64,000 bases of DNA from contig OY970194.1 of the NCBI GenBank assembly GCA_963708075.1, positions 1,664,001 through 1,728,000 of the forward strand, in the 5' to 3' direction. The position numbers and the translations under genes were made by a program. Positions 21,792-31,936 of this stretch are shown here, in pieces; the first letter of the stretch is position 1, and the number at the start of each line of letters is the position of its first letter. The notes under the pieces were generated by a model, which did no database searches, was not told the DNA's origin, and saw nothing but the letters and a program-made list of their open reading frames with translations. This DNA comes from Sedimentisphaerales bacterium. GTDB lineage: Bacteria > Planctomycetota > Phycisphaerae > Sedimentisphaerales > Anaerobacaceae.

Positions 21792-22328
21792 CCGCCTTCT
21801 CTATATCGTCACCTGTATTCATGTGGCCGCCGAACACCGCGGCTCCTGCTTTTACCGCCCGCTGTACGCCGCTGCCTGTGCATACTTATCCCAATGCGAA
21901 TCGTCTGGGACAGCCTCCGAAACGGACATCTGCCCAGATCATGCTGTACGGCACATTCCATGTAGCGCACGCGGATGGTCCAACTAACGCGGTCGGCCTT
22001 CCCAAGTTCCTTATCGGCAGGGCCCGACAGCGGCTTTCGGCGATTCTGCAGGTGCAACCACCCCCCGGGGTACCGCAAACGTCCTGGATGCGGGCTCACA
22101 TCTTTCGATGATCTCACCCTGCTTTCCCGTTTTTCTCCAAATAATCGCGTTGCCGCAGACAACAACATATATATGTACCCGAATCCGCCTCCTGATGCAA
22201 GCAGAATCCGAGGTCCCGTCAGCTCTATTTATCCGACGGCTTTTCCGCTTTCAGTATGTCGCCTCGTGGTTGGTTATTATCGGACTTGCACGAACCCGTG
22301 AATCCCCCTGCCGCAACGCTTTTCCAAG

Positions 22329-23646
22329 TCACCAACAGATCCCCTCGTACGTGCTCGTGTCACTTCGACGATCCATGATACGGGCCAAATCCACAATGGT
22401 CTTCCCGTCTTTGACTTGTCGCACGATCCCTTGGAAGGCCGGCGTCTTGTTGCCGACGACGATGACCCGGCCATGATCCAGGACCCTGCCGGGATCCTCC
22501 GTCAGCAACGGAGCGATGTGGGGGATGCGATTGAGGATGTAATCCCGATTCGTGCCCATCAGGTTCGCCAGACGTACGTCTTCATCGAAGATGAGTACAT
22601 CATAACCTTTACCCAGCAGACGCTCGATGAGCTCGACCATGGGGCTCTCCCGGAGGTCATCTGTCCCCGGCTTGAAACTCAGCCCCAGGACGCCGATCTT
22701 GCGATGGCCGAAGCTGGTGATCAGGCGGAACGCCTCGCCGACCTGCCGCTCATTGCTCGCGAGAATCGAGTTCAGCACGGGCAGTTCCAGGTCAAGCGTT
22801 CGTGCTTTGTAGGTCAGGGCACGCACATCCTTCGGCAGACAGGAGCCGCCGAAGGCAAAACCCGGCTTGAGATAGCACGCGGACAGGTTCAACTTCGTAT
22901 CCCGGCAGAAGATATCCATGACCTCATGGCTGTCCAGCCCCACGGCCTTGCACAGGTTGCCGATCTCGTTCGCAAAGCACACCTTCAAGGCATGCCAGAC
23001 GTTGTCCACGTACTTGACCATCTCGGCTGTTTCCACGTTCGTGCGGACCATCGGCGCATCGAGTCGCTCGTACAGGTTGGCGACGAGGTCGCCGCTGCGG
23101 GTATCCATCTGGCCAATGACGACCTTCGGCGGATGATCGAAGTCCTGAACGGCGCTGCCCTCCCGCAAAAACTCGGGATTGTTGCAGAGAACCGAAGCCG
23201 GTTCCCGCTCGCTTGCCCGAGCACTCCTCCAGGATCGGCAGGATGATGCTCCGCATCGATCCCGGCAGTACCGTGCTGCGACAGACCACGACGTGAAAAT
23301 CGCTCTTGTTCTGCAGGGCCCGGCCGATCTGCTCCGACACCCGGCGCACGTACTTCAAATCGAGATTGCCGTTGAGCTGGCTCGGCGTGCCCACGCAGAT
23401 CATGGAGATCTCCGTCGCCGCCACGGCCTCGTCAGCGTCCGACGTGGCCCGCAAGGTCCCCTTCCGCACGGCCTGCTCCACGAGTTCGGGAGTACCTTTT
23501 TCCATAATGGGCGACCGGCTGGCATTGATGAGGTCCACCTTGGCCGCGTTCGTGTCCACGCCGATGACAGTATGGCCATCCCGCGCCAGGCAGCCGGCCG
23601 TCACCACCCCCACGTAACCCAATCCGAAAATGCTGATTCTGCTCAT
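22329..23646 (-). CDS. algD: UDP-glucose/GDP-mannose 6-dehydrogenase (AlgD-like); apparent frameshift ~23190
   Basis: 'ISIFGLGYVG', 'MICVGTPS', '(N)PEFLREGSA', 'PGFAFGGSCLPKDVRALTY', 'LSFKPGTDDLRESP'. Confidence 0.88.
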
Positions 23647-23695
23647 GGCAATCGTGACTCTATGCGTGGAGTCCCGTAAGACTCCGCTATCGCTT

Positions 23696-24172
23696 TCAGC
23701 CTTCGTTCAGGAAGACATCGATCCGGTGGGAAACCGCACTGGGATCGACCGTGCGGGGGCGAGGCACGAACGACTTCAACCCCGGGATCTTGTCCGCCAG
23801 CTCCGTCTCGTCACGGGCCAGCAGAATATGGCCAAGGGCCTCGAACTTGATCGCCAGAACCACCTGGTGGTCATTGACGACCTCGTTATACTTTTTGCGT
23901 CGAGGCATCGCCAGCAGCGGCTTGGTGTGCTCCAGGGCCATCGTGATCGTGCCCATGCCTGCGTGGCTGATGATCGCCGACGCCTGCTCGACATTCCGGT
24001 CAAATGCACTCTTGTCCAGGGAGGCCACCGCCTCGAAGTTGCGGGGCCGGTACTTGCTGTCTCCGATCTGTGCGACGACCTGCTCGTGAATCAGGCCCTG
24101 ATCGAACAGGTCATCGACCGCTTTCACCAGACGGTCGAACGGAAATTGTGTCCCGACGGTCAAGAAAATCAT
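23696..24172 (-). CDS. PssE/CpsG/Alg13-like glycosyltransferase subunit
   Basis: 'MIFLTVGTQFPFDRL', 'ISHAGMGTI', 'PRRKKYNEVVNDHQ'. Confidence 0.88.
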   Translation of the reverse strand: MIFLTVGTQFPFDRLVKAVDDLFDQGLIHEQVVAQIGDSKYRPRNFEAVASLDKSAFDRNVEQASAIISHAGMGTITMALEHTKPLLAMPRRKKYNEVVNDHQVVLAIKFEALGHILLARDETELADKIPGLKSFVPRPRTVDPSAVSHRIDVFLNEG

Positions 24173-24630
24173 ATGATGGCACCCACATATTCGACGCCGT
24201 GGTACTTCTCCACGAGTTCCGGCCATTGGACGAGGAAGAGGTCCGCGAAAGGCCGGATCAGCCGCCCCGACAATGAGATTTGTTCCACGTTCGTAATACT
24301 ATCCACCCAAACGATCCTGGCGCGGAGAAGCTTGGCGAGGAAACAGCAGATGCACGCCGGGGCCGCGCCGGTGCTGATAATCATGTCCGGCCTTTCCCGG
24401 AACATGATCCGAATGCAGCGTGCCAGAACGCTCAGGACTCGACCCGGATGCTCGCGGTTGCATTCCCCAACGACGTGCACCCTCCCAATCGAGGCCAGAT
24501 TCGCCCGCACGGCTTCCGAGGTGGTGACGACGAACACATCATGCCCGTTCGTGCAGCCGACCACCTTGAGCAACTGGCTCAGGTGCCCTCCCGCGGAGGC
24601 AGCCAGGCAGATCTTCTTGGCACTTACCAT
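24169..24630 (-). CDS. PssD/CpsF/Alg14-like glycosyltransferase subunit
   Basis: 'ICLAASAGGHLSQL', 'PDMIISTGAAP', 'SLSGRL', 'VQWPEL'. Confidence 0.88.
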   Translation of the reverse strand: MVSAKKICLAASAGGHLSQLLKVVGCTNGHDVFVVTTSEAVRANLASIGRVHVVGECNREHPGRVLSVLARCIRIMFRERPDMIISTGAAPACICCFLAKLLRARIVWVDSITNVEQISLSGRLIRPFADLFLVQWPELVEKYHGVEYVGAII

Positions 24631-25715
24631 ATTCCCAACCGCCTCCGAACAGGCCGCAGCAGAGCCTGCGGCAAGAACAGGGGACGATGCCGACGCCAGT
24701 CTTTCAGGAAGGTTCTCCACATCTGCCTCCTGCCGGCGTCATCGAGCGATTTCAGCTCGCGACAGTATGCCTGCTCGTATAGTTCAGGCTCTTGCGGCAT
24801 CTCGGCCACCAAGTCACATCGCCTCGCGATCTCCTGCCGCAGGGTGGCTTCATCGTCGCCGCCGGCGAGAGCCGGCCGGTAGTCCGGCCCGGTGCGAACA
24901 GGAATCGCTGCCCACTCCAGTACGCCTTCAGCCCCGATGGAGACGCTCAGGATTGCCGTCCACTTTGTCAGGTCGAACTCGTGGTCAAAGATAAAATCGC
25001 CCAGGCTATAAGCCACAAGCGAGCCCTTCTCCCTGTAGATGCCCTGGAATACATGGGCGTGGTGCCCTGCTACAAGTTTGGCGCCGGCCCGGATCAAGTC
25101 GCGTGCGGCACGCTGCTGCCACAGGTTCGGCCGGTCGATCAGCTCATCTCCCCAGTGTGCCGACACGATCACGACTTGTCCCTCGCGTGCTTCGGTCCTG
25201 ACGGTTTCGAGGACTTGCTCGAATGTCGCGGGGCGAAACGCGTATCCCCCCGGATGAAAGCAGGCGCCCACGATGGAAAGCGGGACTTGATTGACCAGCA
25301 TGCGAGTCGCCGTCACGCGAGCGTCGAATGAGCCCTCCGGTCCGGCCCCAACGACCTGGATGCCCGCCTGCTCCAGGTTCCGGGCCGTATCCCGGGCCGC
25401 TTCCACCCCATGCTCGAGGATGTGATTGTTCGCCAGGTGCGCAGCCGTTATACCCCACTGGGCAAGGTACTTCGCCGTCCGGGCACGACCCCGCATCTGG
25501 AGAGAGCGCAGCGAGCGTTCTTTTCGTCCCACGTCGGACAACACGCATTCCACGTTGCAGAGAACGGCGTCATGGGCACGGAACACGGCCATGATCTCAT
25601 CCGGGAGAAAAGCCGGACCGTACCTGTCGATACTCGAGCCGGCGCCCCATCCAATCCTTGTGAATTGATCGCCGCACATCACGTCGCCAACGCAGGCAAT
25701 CCGGACTGTTCTCAC
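24624..25715 (-). CDS. CapA/PgsA (PGA_cap) metallophosphatase-fold protein
   Basis: 'VGDVM', 'NVEC', 'LANNH', 'SAHWG', 'GHHAHV', 'YSLGDF'. No signal peptide evident. Confidence 0.85.
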   Translation of the reverse strand: MRTVRIACVGDVMCGDQFTRIGWGAGSSIDRYGPAFLPDEIMAVFRAHDAVLCNVECVLSDVGRKERSLRSLQMRGRARTAKYLAQWGITAAHLANNHILEHGVEAARDTARNLEQAGIQVVGAGPEGSFDARVTATRMLVNQVPLSIVGACFHPGGYAFRPATFEQVLETVRTEAREGQVVIVSAHWGDELIDRPNLWQQRAARDLIRAGAKLVAGHHAHVFQGIYREKGSLVAYSLGDFIFDHEFDLTKWTAILSVSIGAEGVLEWAAIPVRTGPDYRPALAGGDDEATLRQEIARRCDLVAEMPQEPELYEQAYCRELKSLDDAGRRQMWRTFLKDWRRHRPLFLPQALLRPVRRRLGIW

Positions 25716-26908
25716 CCTGAGGCCCCCCGCTTCGCGTCAATCGTCCGCTCAAGCAGTTCGGAGAGACACTCCAGGTGATGTTTCCAGCTATGGCTCGCGG
25801 CGATCTCGATTCTCTTCGCTCTCCGCTGCGGCGTATCGCGGTGAAGCTCCCACTCGATTGCCCTGCAGAATTCCTCCTTGCTCCCGGCAATACTGATCAC
25901 ATCCGCATACTGCTTCGCCTCGTTGATCTCGACGGAGACAATCGGATTGCCGGACGCCATGTACTCAAGCATTTTCAGGGGATTGCAGTTGCGGATCCAG
26001 TCGCTCATTTTCCACTGGAGCATACAGACGTCGAAGCCCGCGCACAGCCGCGGGATTTTCTCATAGGGCAGTCTTCCGATCAGATGTACGTTCTTCAGGC
26101 TGCTCAGCTCCGAGTAATCACCTGCCGTGACCTGCCCCGCGAACACAAAAGAAACGCCGGGCAGATTCCGCGCGCAGTACGTCATCATCTCGATGTCGTT
26201 GTGCGCGGTCATCGTGCCGAAATAGCCCGCAATCGGCCTGGGGATGTGAGCCACTTCCGCCAGAGGCTCCCCGTGCTCGGCCGCCTCCCGAAACAATTCG
26301 AAATCCACGCCGTGGGGAAGGTAATGGACGTTGTCCCGCTGGCGCCGCTTGAATTCATACAGCTCCCGCGAGACACAGATCAGCAGGTCAGTGCCGCTGG
26401 AAACCCGCTGTTCGCGGGCCTTCTGCTTCTGAGCATTCGACGTGTAGGAATCCGTGGCAAACAGATCCGACACATGATAAACCGTCGCCTTCGGTTGAAA
26501 CCAGGAGAGCGCGTCGACGGCCCGCACGTTCTCCAGCCACAGGATCGGGCGATCGAACTTCAACAGCCGGCATACCCCCTTGATCTGCGACCGCAGGCAC
26601 ACATCATTGAATCCATCGAGGACTCTGCGGCCCTGGATGGGAACGAACAGCGGGCTGAACACGTGCAGGTTCTCCATGGGTCTGCGAAGACCCCGCGTCA
26701 GGCTTTTCAGTTTTCTCGCAATCCGGACCGCCAGGCCCCTGCGCTGCCCTGCATTCGACGCCGCGCTCACAAGATCGGAGCTGAACGGATTGACATAGAG
26801 GACCCGGTTCGCACGAGCCAGCTTGGACATGATATGGGTGGTGCAACTGGGATTCATTGCCCACCAGTCGCTTGGCCCGAAACAGACAATATCGTGCCCC
26901 GTCAACAT
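25712..26908 (-). CDS. GT-B glycosyltransferase (GT4/TuaH-like)
   Basis: 'NRVLYVNP', 'LPHGVDFELF', 'RPIAGYFG', 'NPLKMLEYMASGNPIVS'. Confidence 0.85.
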   Translation of the reverse strand: MLTGHDIVCFGPSDWWAMNPSCTTHIMSKLARANRVLYVNPFSSDLVSAASNAGQRRGLAVRIARKLKSLTRGLRRPMENLHVFSPLFVPIQGRRVLDGFNDVCLRSQIKGVCRLLKFDRPILWLENVRAVDALSWFQPKATVYHVSDLFATDSYTSNAQKQKAREQRVSSGTDLLICVSRELYEFKRRQRDNVHYLPHGVDFELFREAAEHGEPLAEVAHIPRPIAGYFGTMTAHNDIEMMTYCARNLPGVSFVFAGQVTAGDYSELSSLKNVHLIGRLPYEKIPRLCAGFDVCMLQWKMSDWIRNCNPLKMLEYMASGNPIVSVEINEAKQYADVISIAGSKEEFCRAIEWELHRDTPQRRAKRIEIAASHSWKHHLECLSELLERTIDAKRGASG

Positions 26909-26922
26909 CGTGCCCGCTTGAA

Positions 26923-28284
26923 TCAATGATGCTCCGCCATCACGAAGGACATGAACTTGCCCCGGCTCGTGCGATCCACTTGCTTCACGGCGCGAAGCTC
27001 TGCTCGCATTCCCGGCGGCACCTGCTCCGCCATCACGCCACGAAGCCGTTCCTCGTGCTTGCCGGCAAACCCGGCATCGGGCACATATTCCAAGGTCAAC
27101 ACATCGCCGGCGTCCTGAACGATCCGCCCGGCGACAATCGGCATATCGTACATGGTGTATAGAATGCGTGCGAGGATACACTCCATCGCGGATGCCCCCA
27201 ACTGGAGTCCGGAGGGAGTGACAATCGTATTCCCATCGCGCCCGATGATTTTGTCAACAATCGTGAAGGCCCTGCCGCAACCGCACGTGCGGCCCGAAAC
27301 CTTGACCAGATCGCGCAGGTTGTAGCGAATCAAGGGCATCGCCAGGTTCCAAAAGCCCGTGGACACCACCTGGCAGCAGTCCTCGTTGGGAGGAGCCGCC
27401 GGGATCAACTCCGTGAGCCCATACTCTGGAATGACGTGGTACGATCCCCGCTCACACGTGTGAATGTAGCAGACCCGTTCCGCGCTTCCGTAGAAGTCGA
27501 ACACCGAGCACTCGAACGCCTCCGCGATCGTTTTCTTCTTAGTCTCATCCAGGGTTTCCGACGTGGTGAAAACGCAGTGCAGTCTCAAGGGCAGCTTTCG
27601 CTCCAGGCAGCCTTTGGCCAGAAGGTAGGCTGCCGAAGGGTAGGCAACCAAGGCTTTGATCCCGTGGGCCTTCATCAGTTCCACGTAGTGCGGCACCACT
27701 TCAGGCGTCAGGTGAAATGTCGAGAGGGTCAGCTCCCGCATCGCGGCATCGTAGTAGTGGAAATTCGTCGGCGCTTGTCCCGGCGGCTGGACCGTCCGCC
27801 CCTCCAGGTAGGCGCACCGATCCGATGTCCGCACGCCGGCCCAGTCAAATTGCCGCCGTACAAAGGCATGCTCCCGAGCGATGGACCACGGGTCCCGTTT
27901 GACGGGAACGGGCAACCCCGTGGTGCCCCCCGTGTGAGCCGTGGTGAGAAATGCACGCCGGTACCGGGTTGAGACGATCTCGTCACCCACCTTCTTGAGG
28001 TCGTCTTTCGACATGATGGGAAACCGCCGGATATCATCCAACTGCCGGATATCATCGGGGCGAATGCCGTGTTCGCCCATCACCCTCCTGTAGTACGGCA
28101 CGGTCTCCCACGCGTGTCTGACCAGGCGCTGGAGCTGCTCCAACTGGAACGCCTCCAACTGATCCCCGGTATACCACTGGGTTTGTGATATCTGCCGATA
28201 GAGGCGTTTGAAGGCGCCTGAATGACGTTTGATCAGGCAGGTCTTCGCCCCCTTCAGCGTAGCTTTCAGGTCCACCATCCGCAT
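26923..28284 (-). CDS. CapK/phenylacetate-CoA ligase-family adenylate-forming enzyme
   Basis: 'HAWETVPYYR', P-loop 'HTGGTTGLP', 'DFYGSAE', 'AMPLIRYNLRD', 'IIGR', 'SRGKF'. Confidence 0.85.
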   Translation of the reverse strand: MRMVDLKATLKGAKTCLIKRHSGAFKRLYRQISQTQWYTGDQLEAFQLEQLQRLVRHAWETVPYYRRVMGEHGIRPDDIRQLDDIRRFPIMSKDDLKKVGDEIVSTRYRRAFLTTAHTGGTTGLPVPVKRDPWSIAREHAFVRRQFDWAGVRTSDRCAYLEGRTVQPPGQAPTNFHYYDAAMRELTLSTFHLTPEVVPHYVELMKAHGIKALVAYPSAAYLLAKGCLERKLPLRLHCVFTTSETLDETKKKTIAEAFECSVFDFYGSAERVCYIHTCERGSYHVIPEYGLTELIPAAPPNEDCCQVVSTGFWNLAMPLIRYNLRDLVKVSGRTCGCGRAFTIVDKIIGRDGNTIVTPSGLQLGASAMECILARILYTMYDMPIVAGRIVQDAGDVLTLEYVPDAGFAGKHEERLRGVMAEQVPPGMRAELRAVKQVDRTSRGKFMSFVMAEHH

Positions 28285-28328
28285 GAAATCATCTCCGGCC
28301 AAAACACGGGCAGCCTGTGAAGCGGCAC

Positions 28329-29277
28329 CTATCGCCTCTGAAACCGTCGGATTCGCTCGTCCACGATGACGCCGCGGCGAATGATAGTCGCAGGGTCGAG
28401 CGTTGCATCCGTGTCGCCCATGATGAGCTTATCGAGGAAACGCGCCACCTCCCTGCTGATCGACTGGGACACCGAGCGGAAGAAGAGCGTAGGGGTATGA
28501 TCGACGGCATAGTGCAGAATGCCTTTGTGCCAGTAGACCGGCTCCGTGATTGTCGTGGCCCGGCTGCTCTCGATGCCCATGTGCGGATCGCAACTGATGT
28601 CCACGATCATCGAGCCCGGCTTCATCTTCTCGAGATCCTCATCGTACACGAGGTGGTCATCGCGGAATACGTCCCACAGGACACCGTTGACAATCACGTT
28701 GTACCGCCCGATCTCGCGGCGCAGCAGATGACTGGTCTTTCGGTCGTAGACGATGGTCTCACACCCATATCGCTCAAGGGCGCAGAGCGCCGCGGGCGAC
28801 ATTTCCCCGCCCGATGATGGCGATATCGCATTCGTAGGGCAAACGCCCCCACTGCAGCAAGGCGTGCGCGATGGCGGCCTCGCCGGAAATCTCATTATTG
28901 CGCCAGAAGGTGTGCCTCCCATCCGAGAACATGTCCTCCCAGGCAATGGCCGTCATGTGATTCGCGATCAGCTTGTCCGTCATCTCGCGTCCCTGCACGG
29001 CATGGATCCAGCCGAACAGCGTGGTGCCCTCGCGAAAGTAGGGATCACCAATCATCGGCTTGGGCGAACAGACGATGGGACAACTGCACACGACGTCCCG
29101 GGGCGCCACACGGGCCCCGGCCCGTCGGTAGGCTTCATCGCTGTAGCCGTGCTCCAGGCCATACCCCTGCTCAAAAACCAGCATATCCACGTGCTCCACT
29201 TGCGGAACATCCGTGGGCAGCATCGCGATACGCTTCTCATTCTCTTTTGCTGTTATCGGGAAACCAATCTCTTGCAT
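28329..29277 (-). CDS. N5-(carboxyethyl)ornithine synthase-like enzyme (AlaDH/PNT family); apparent frameshift ~28785
   Basis: AGGAGA RBS; 'IGFPITAKENEKR', 'EQGYG', 'FGWIHAVQ', 'AWEDMFSDGRHTFWRNNE', 'IGRGNVARG', then 'IVNGVLWD', 'VDISCD', 'YAVDHTP' in the next frame. Confidence 0.8.
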
Positions 29278-29307
29278 AAATCTCCTACGAACCTGAACCA
29301 ACCACCC

Positions 29308-31698
29308 TCAATCCTGTGCACGCATGCGCAGTCCTTTCCACCCGTGACAGACTCTGGAGACGCCTCGCGCGTATACGACAACACGGGACCATGCGCGGCG
29401 GCGGCCGCTCGGCGGCCACACCGTACGCGCAAGCCAGAACGGAATACGCAACAACAGAAACATGCCCATCAGTCCACAGCCGGCGACGTATGCGGGCCGC
29501 GAACGATGCTTGTGCAGAAACTGCAGAACCCCCGCTTTCAGTTGCAGGGTCATTTCATTGGCTGCCTGGGAGGAGCTGGCGCCGCCGAGATGGATGATCT
29601 CTCCCTGCGGAGCGAACAGGACCTTCCAGCCCGCTTGTCGAAATCGAAAGCACCAGTCCGTCTCCTCGCCATACATGAAGAAGCTCTCGTCCATCAGGCC
29701 CACCTGATCGATGGCCTCGCGGCGGGTCAGCATGAAACAGCCCGTGACCACCTCCACCTCGCGGACATCATCCCGTTTCCACCAGGTCATCTGCTCTCGC
29801 CCGAAGAAGCGGCTGCTCGGAAATAGCTTGTTCAGGCACGTGGCGAACAGGAACATGTTCAATACGGAAGGAACCATGAAACACGTCGGCTGCAGCGTCC
29901 GGTCGCGGTTCAGGACCCGGCAGCCAATGACGGCCGCGCGTGGATGCTGATCGGCGAAGGCTGCCATCTTGTCGATCGCGCCATCGAGCACGATCGTGTC
30001 GCTGTTGAGCAGCAGGACGTAGCGTCCGGCCGCTACCTTCATGCCCTGATTGTTCGCGGCGGCAAATCCCCTGTTCTCGGCGTTCTCAATGAGACGCACT
30101 CCGGGGAAATCGCGTTTCACCATCGCAGGTGTGCCGTCGGCGGACGCGTTGTCGATCACGAGGACTTCGAGGGAGACATTCCTGGTCTGGGCGTACACCG
30201 ACTCCAGGCAATCCCGCAGGATGTCCCGCGTGTTCCAACTGACGATGATCACGGATACGTCTATGCCGGCCATTGCAGCGGTCAGTATGTGGAGCTCTGC
30301 GAAATGGAAGTTGGGCTCGTTTGCAGAACTCCACTCAGTAGGAAACGGAGGGTCGAGCTGCGGCAGCTTCACTGGATCCACTGACCCGCGCGACGCGGGC
30401 GCCGCTTTCGCCGGCTCACCCACGGCGTCAGGCAGGAGCCCGGCAAAGGCCAGCAGCATGAAGAACACGGTTGTGGGCGGGCCAAAAAGCGAGACGCTCA
30501 TCATGGCAGCCCATAATCCAGACAGTGCACCTGACACACACCAGACGAGCCATCTGTCCGCGGTCAAGGGGCTCGCAAGGTAAGCCTTGCGAAGTCGCTT
30601 GGCCGCAACAATGTTGATGGCCAGGAAAGGCACCAGACCCATCAACCCGAACCGGTGAAGCTCCAGTATGTAGTGATTGACCGTATCGGTATACGAACGT
30701 CCGTCCAGCCTCGGGCCCCACCCGGGGTCCACATTGTAGCCAAAGCCGGTCAGCCAGTGGTTTGACATGCCGCCTTCGAACAGGGCCACATCGATCAAGC
30801 GGCTGCGATACCATGCCGTCCGCGAAGAGAAGGTGAAGTCACCCAGCACATCATAGAAGTGGCGATTGCTGATGATATCCACCGACGCACACATGAAGAC
30901 GACAACGATTACCGCTGTCTTCCAGTGCTGACGCCAGGGGAAATAAGCGATGAATCCTATAGCCAGCACGGCTGCAAGAACCGGCCCGCTGGACACAGAG
31001 GAGAAGACCCCCAGTCCCATGAGCGCCAGGCCAAACCAGCACACGACCTTCTCCCGGGTATTCTGCAACACCCCTGCACATGCGGGCCCCAGCATGGCAA
31101 AGAACAGGCCATACATGATGGAGTGCGAGAACCCCACGCTTGCACGGTTGAGGCCGAACCTCTCCGGCGATGTGTAATAGACTGTCCCTGCCTCTGGGGT
31201 CTCATAAATGCGCAGGAAACCCAGCGGATTCCACCCTGTGAGGCACTCGCTGAGGCCGACGACGCCTAACGGCGCTGCAACCAGCACAATGCCTTTGAGC
31301 AACTGCAGGTATTGTTCCCGGGTTTGGATGGCCAGACGCACGGCAAAGTACGGCAAGACCATGTCGAACACGGCGCCGGCCCGATTCTCGAGCAAGGCCA
31401 TCATGGAACTCGGACTAAAGACGCCGGCCAGCAGTTCGGCTGCAAAATAGGCTATGACCAATTTGTCCAGCAGGACGAATCGGAATGGGCGATCCGCCTT
31501 GGTTTGCAGAAGGAGTTTGGCAAGCAAGGCCAGGACGACAATTCGGCGCACGGTAAAGTCAATCGTCCCAACGGACACCATAAGATAGGACGGATACCAT
31601 GCAATTGCCGCCACGTACAGGACGAGCCCATACACTGGCCGGACAAAGAATACCAGGATTGCCAAAACACACGCGACGGCTAGCGTGAGTGCTTCCAT
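29308..31698 (-). CDS. Wzy/O-antigen ligase-like polytopic membrane protein fused to a C-terminal GT2 glycosyltransferase
   Basis: About 10 TM segments with 'RASVGFSHSIMYG' and 'DTVNHY'; then 'VSVIIVSWNT', 'DNASADG', 'LLLNSD', 'FFMYGEETDW'. Confidence 0.8.
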   Translation of the reverse strand: MEALTLAVACVLAILVFFVRPVYGLVLYVAAIAWYPSYLMVSVGTIDFTVRRIVVLALLAKLLLQTKADRPFRFVLLDKLVIAYFAAELLAGVFSPSSMMALLENRAGAVFDMVLPYFAVRLAIQTREQYLQLLKGIVLVAAPLGVVGLSECLTGWNPLGFLRIYETPEAGTVYYTSPERFGLNRASVGFSHSIMYGLFFAMLGPACAGVLQNTREKVVCWFGLALMGLGVFSSVSSGPVLAAVLAIGFIAYFPWRQHWKTAVIVVVFMCASVDIISNRHFYDVLGDFTFSSRTAWYRSRLIDVALFEGGMSNHWLTGFGYNVDPGWGPRLDGRSYTDTVNHYILELHRFGLMGLVPFLAINIVAAKRLRKAYLASPLTADRWLVWCVSGALSGLWAAMMSVSLFGPPTTVFFMLLAFAGLLPDAVGEPAKAAPASRGSVDPVKLPQLDPPFPTEWSSANEPNFHFAELHILTAAMAGIDVSVIIVSWNTRDILRDCLESVYAQTRNVSLEVLVIDNASADGTPAMVKRDFPGVRLIENAENRGFAAANNQGMKVAAGRYVLLLNSDTIVLDGAIDKMAAFADQHPRAAVIGCRVLNRDRTLQPTCFMVPSVLNMFLFATCLNKLFPSSRFFGREQMTWWKRDDVREVEVVTGCFMLTRREAIDQVGLMDESFFMYGEETDWCFRFRQAGWKVLFAPQGEIIHLGGASSSQAANEMTLQLKAGVLQFLHKHRSRPAYVAGCGLMGMFLLLRIPFWLARTVWPPSGRRRAWSRVVVYARGVSRVCHGWKGLRMRAQD

Positions 31699-31936
31699 GA
31701 GATACCTCGTGCACTACAAATTATGAGACGCTCTTTTGCCACCCAAACAGGGACCGATAACCAGGCAAGGGCGGTTCTCCAGTCCAGCCCATCATCGGCA
31801 TGGAGGCTGGCATGACTTGAGGGCAACGCAGGCGCAACCGGTCTGGCATTGTGCCTGATGTCCTTCTGACCGACATGCCCCACCACCGATACGGACTTAC
31901 CCGTGAAGGCACAGCCAAGCGATGCAGCACATCCCG

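Noticed and set aside
22329..23646. Alginate biosynthesis
   Set aside because: AlgD-like gene only; no alg8/alg44/algE, and the locus is Wzx/Wzy-type.
24624..25715. Poly-gamma-glutamate capsule synthesis
   Set aside because: Only a CapA-fold gene is present; no capB/capC.
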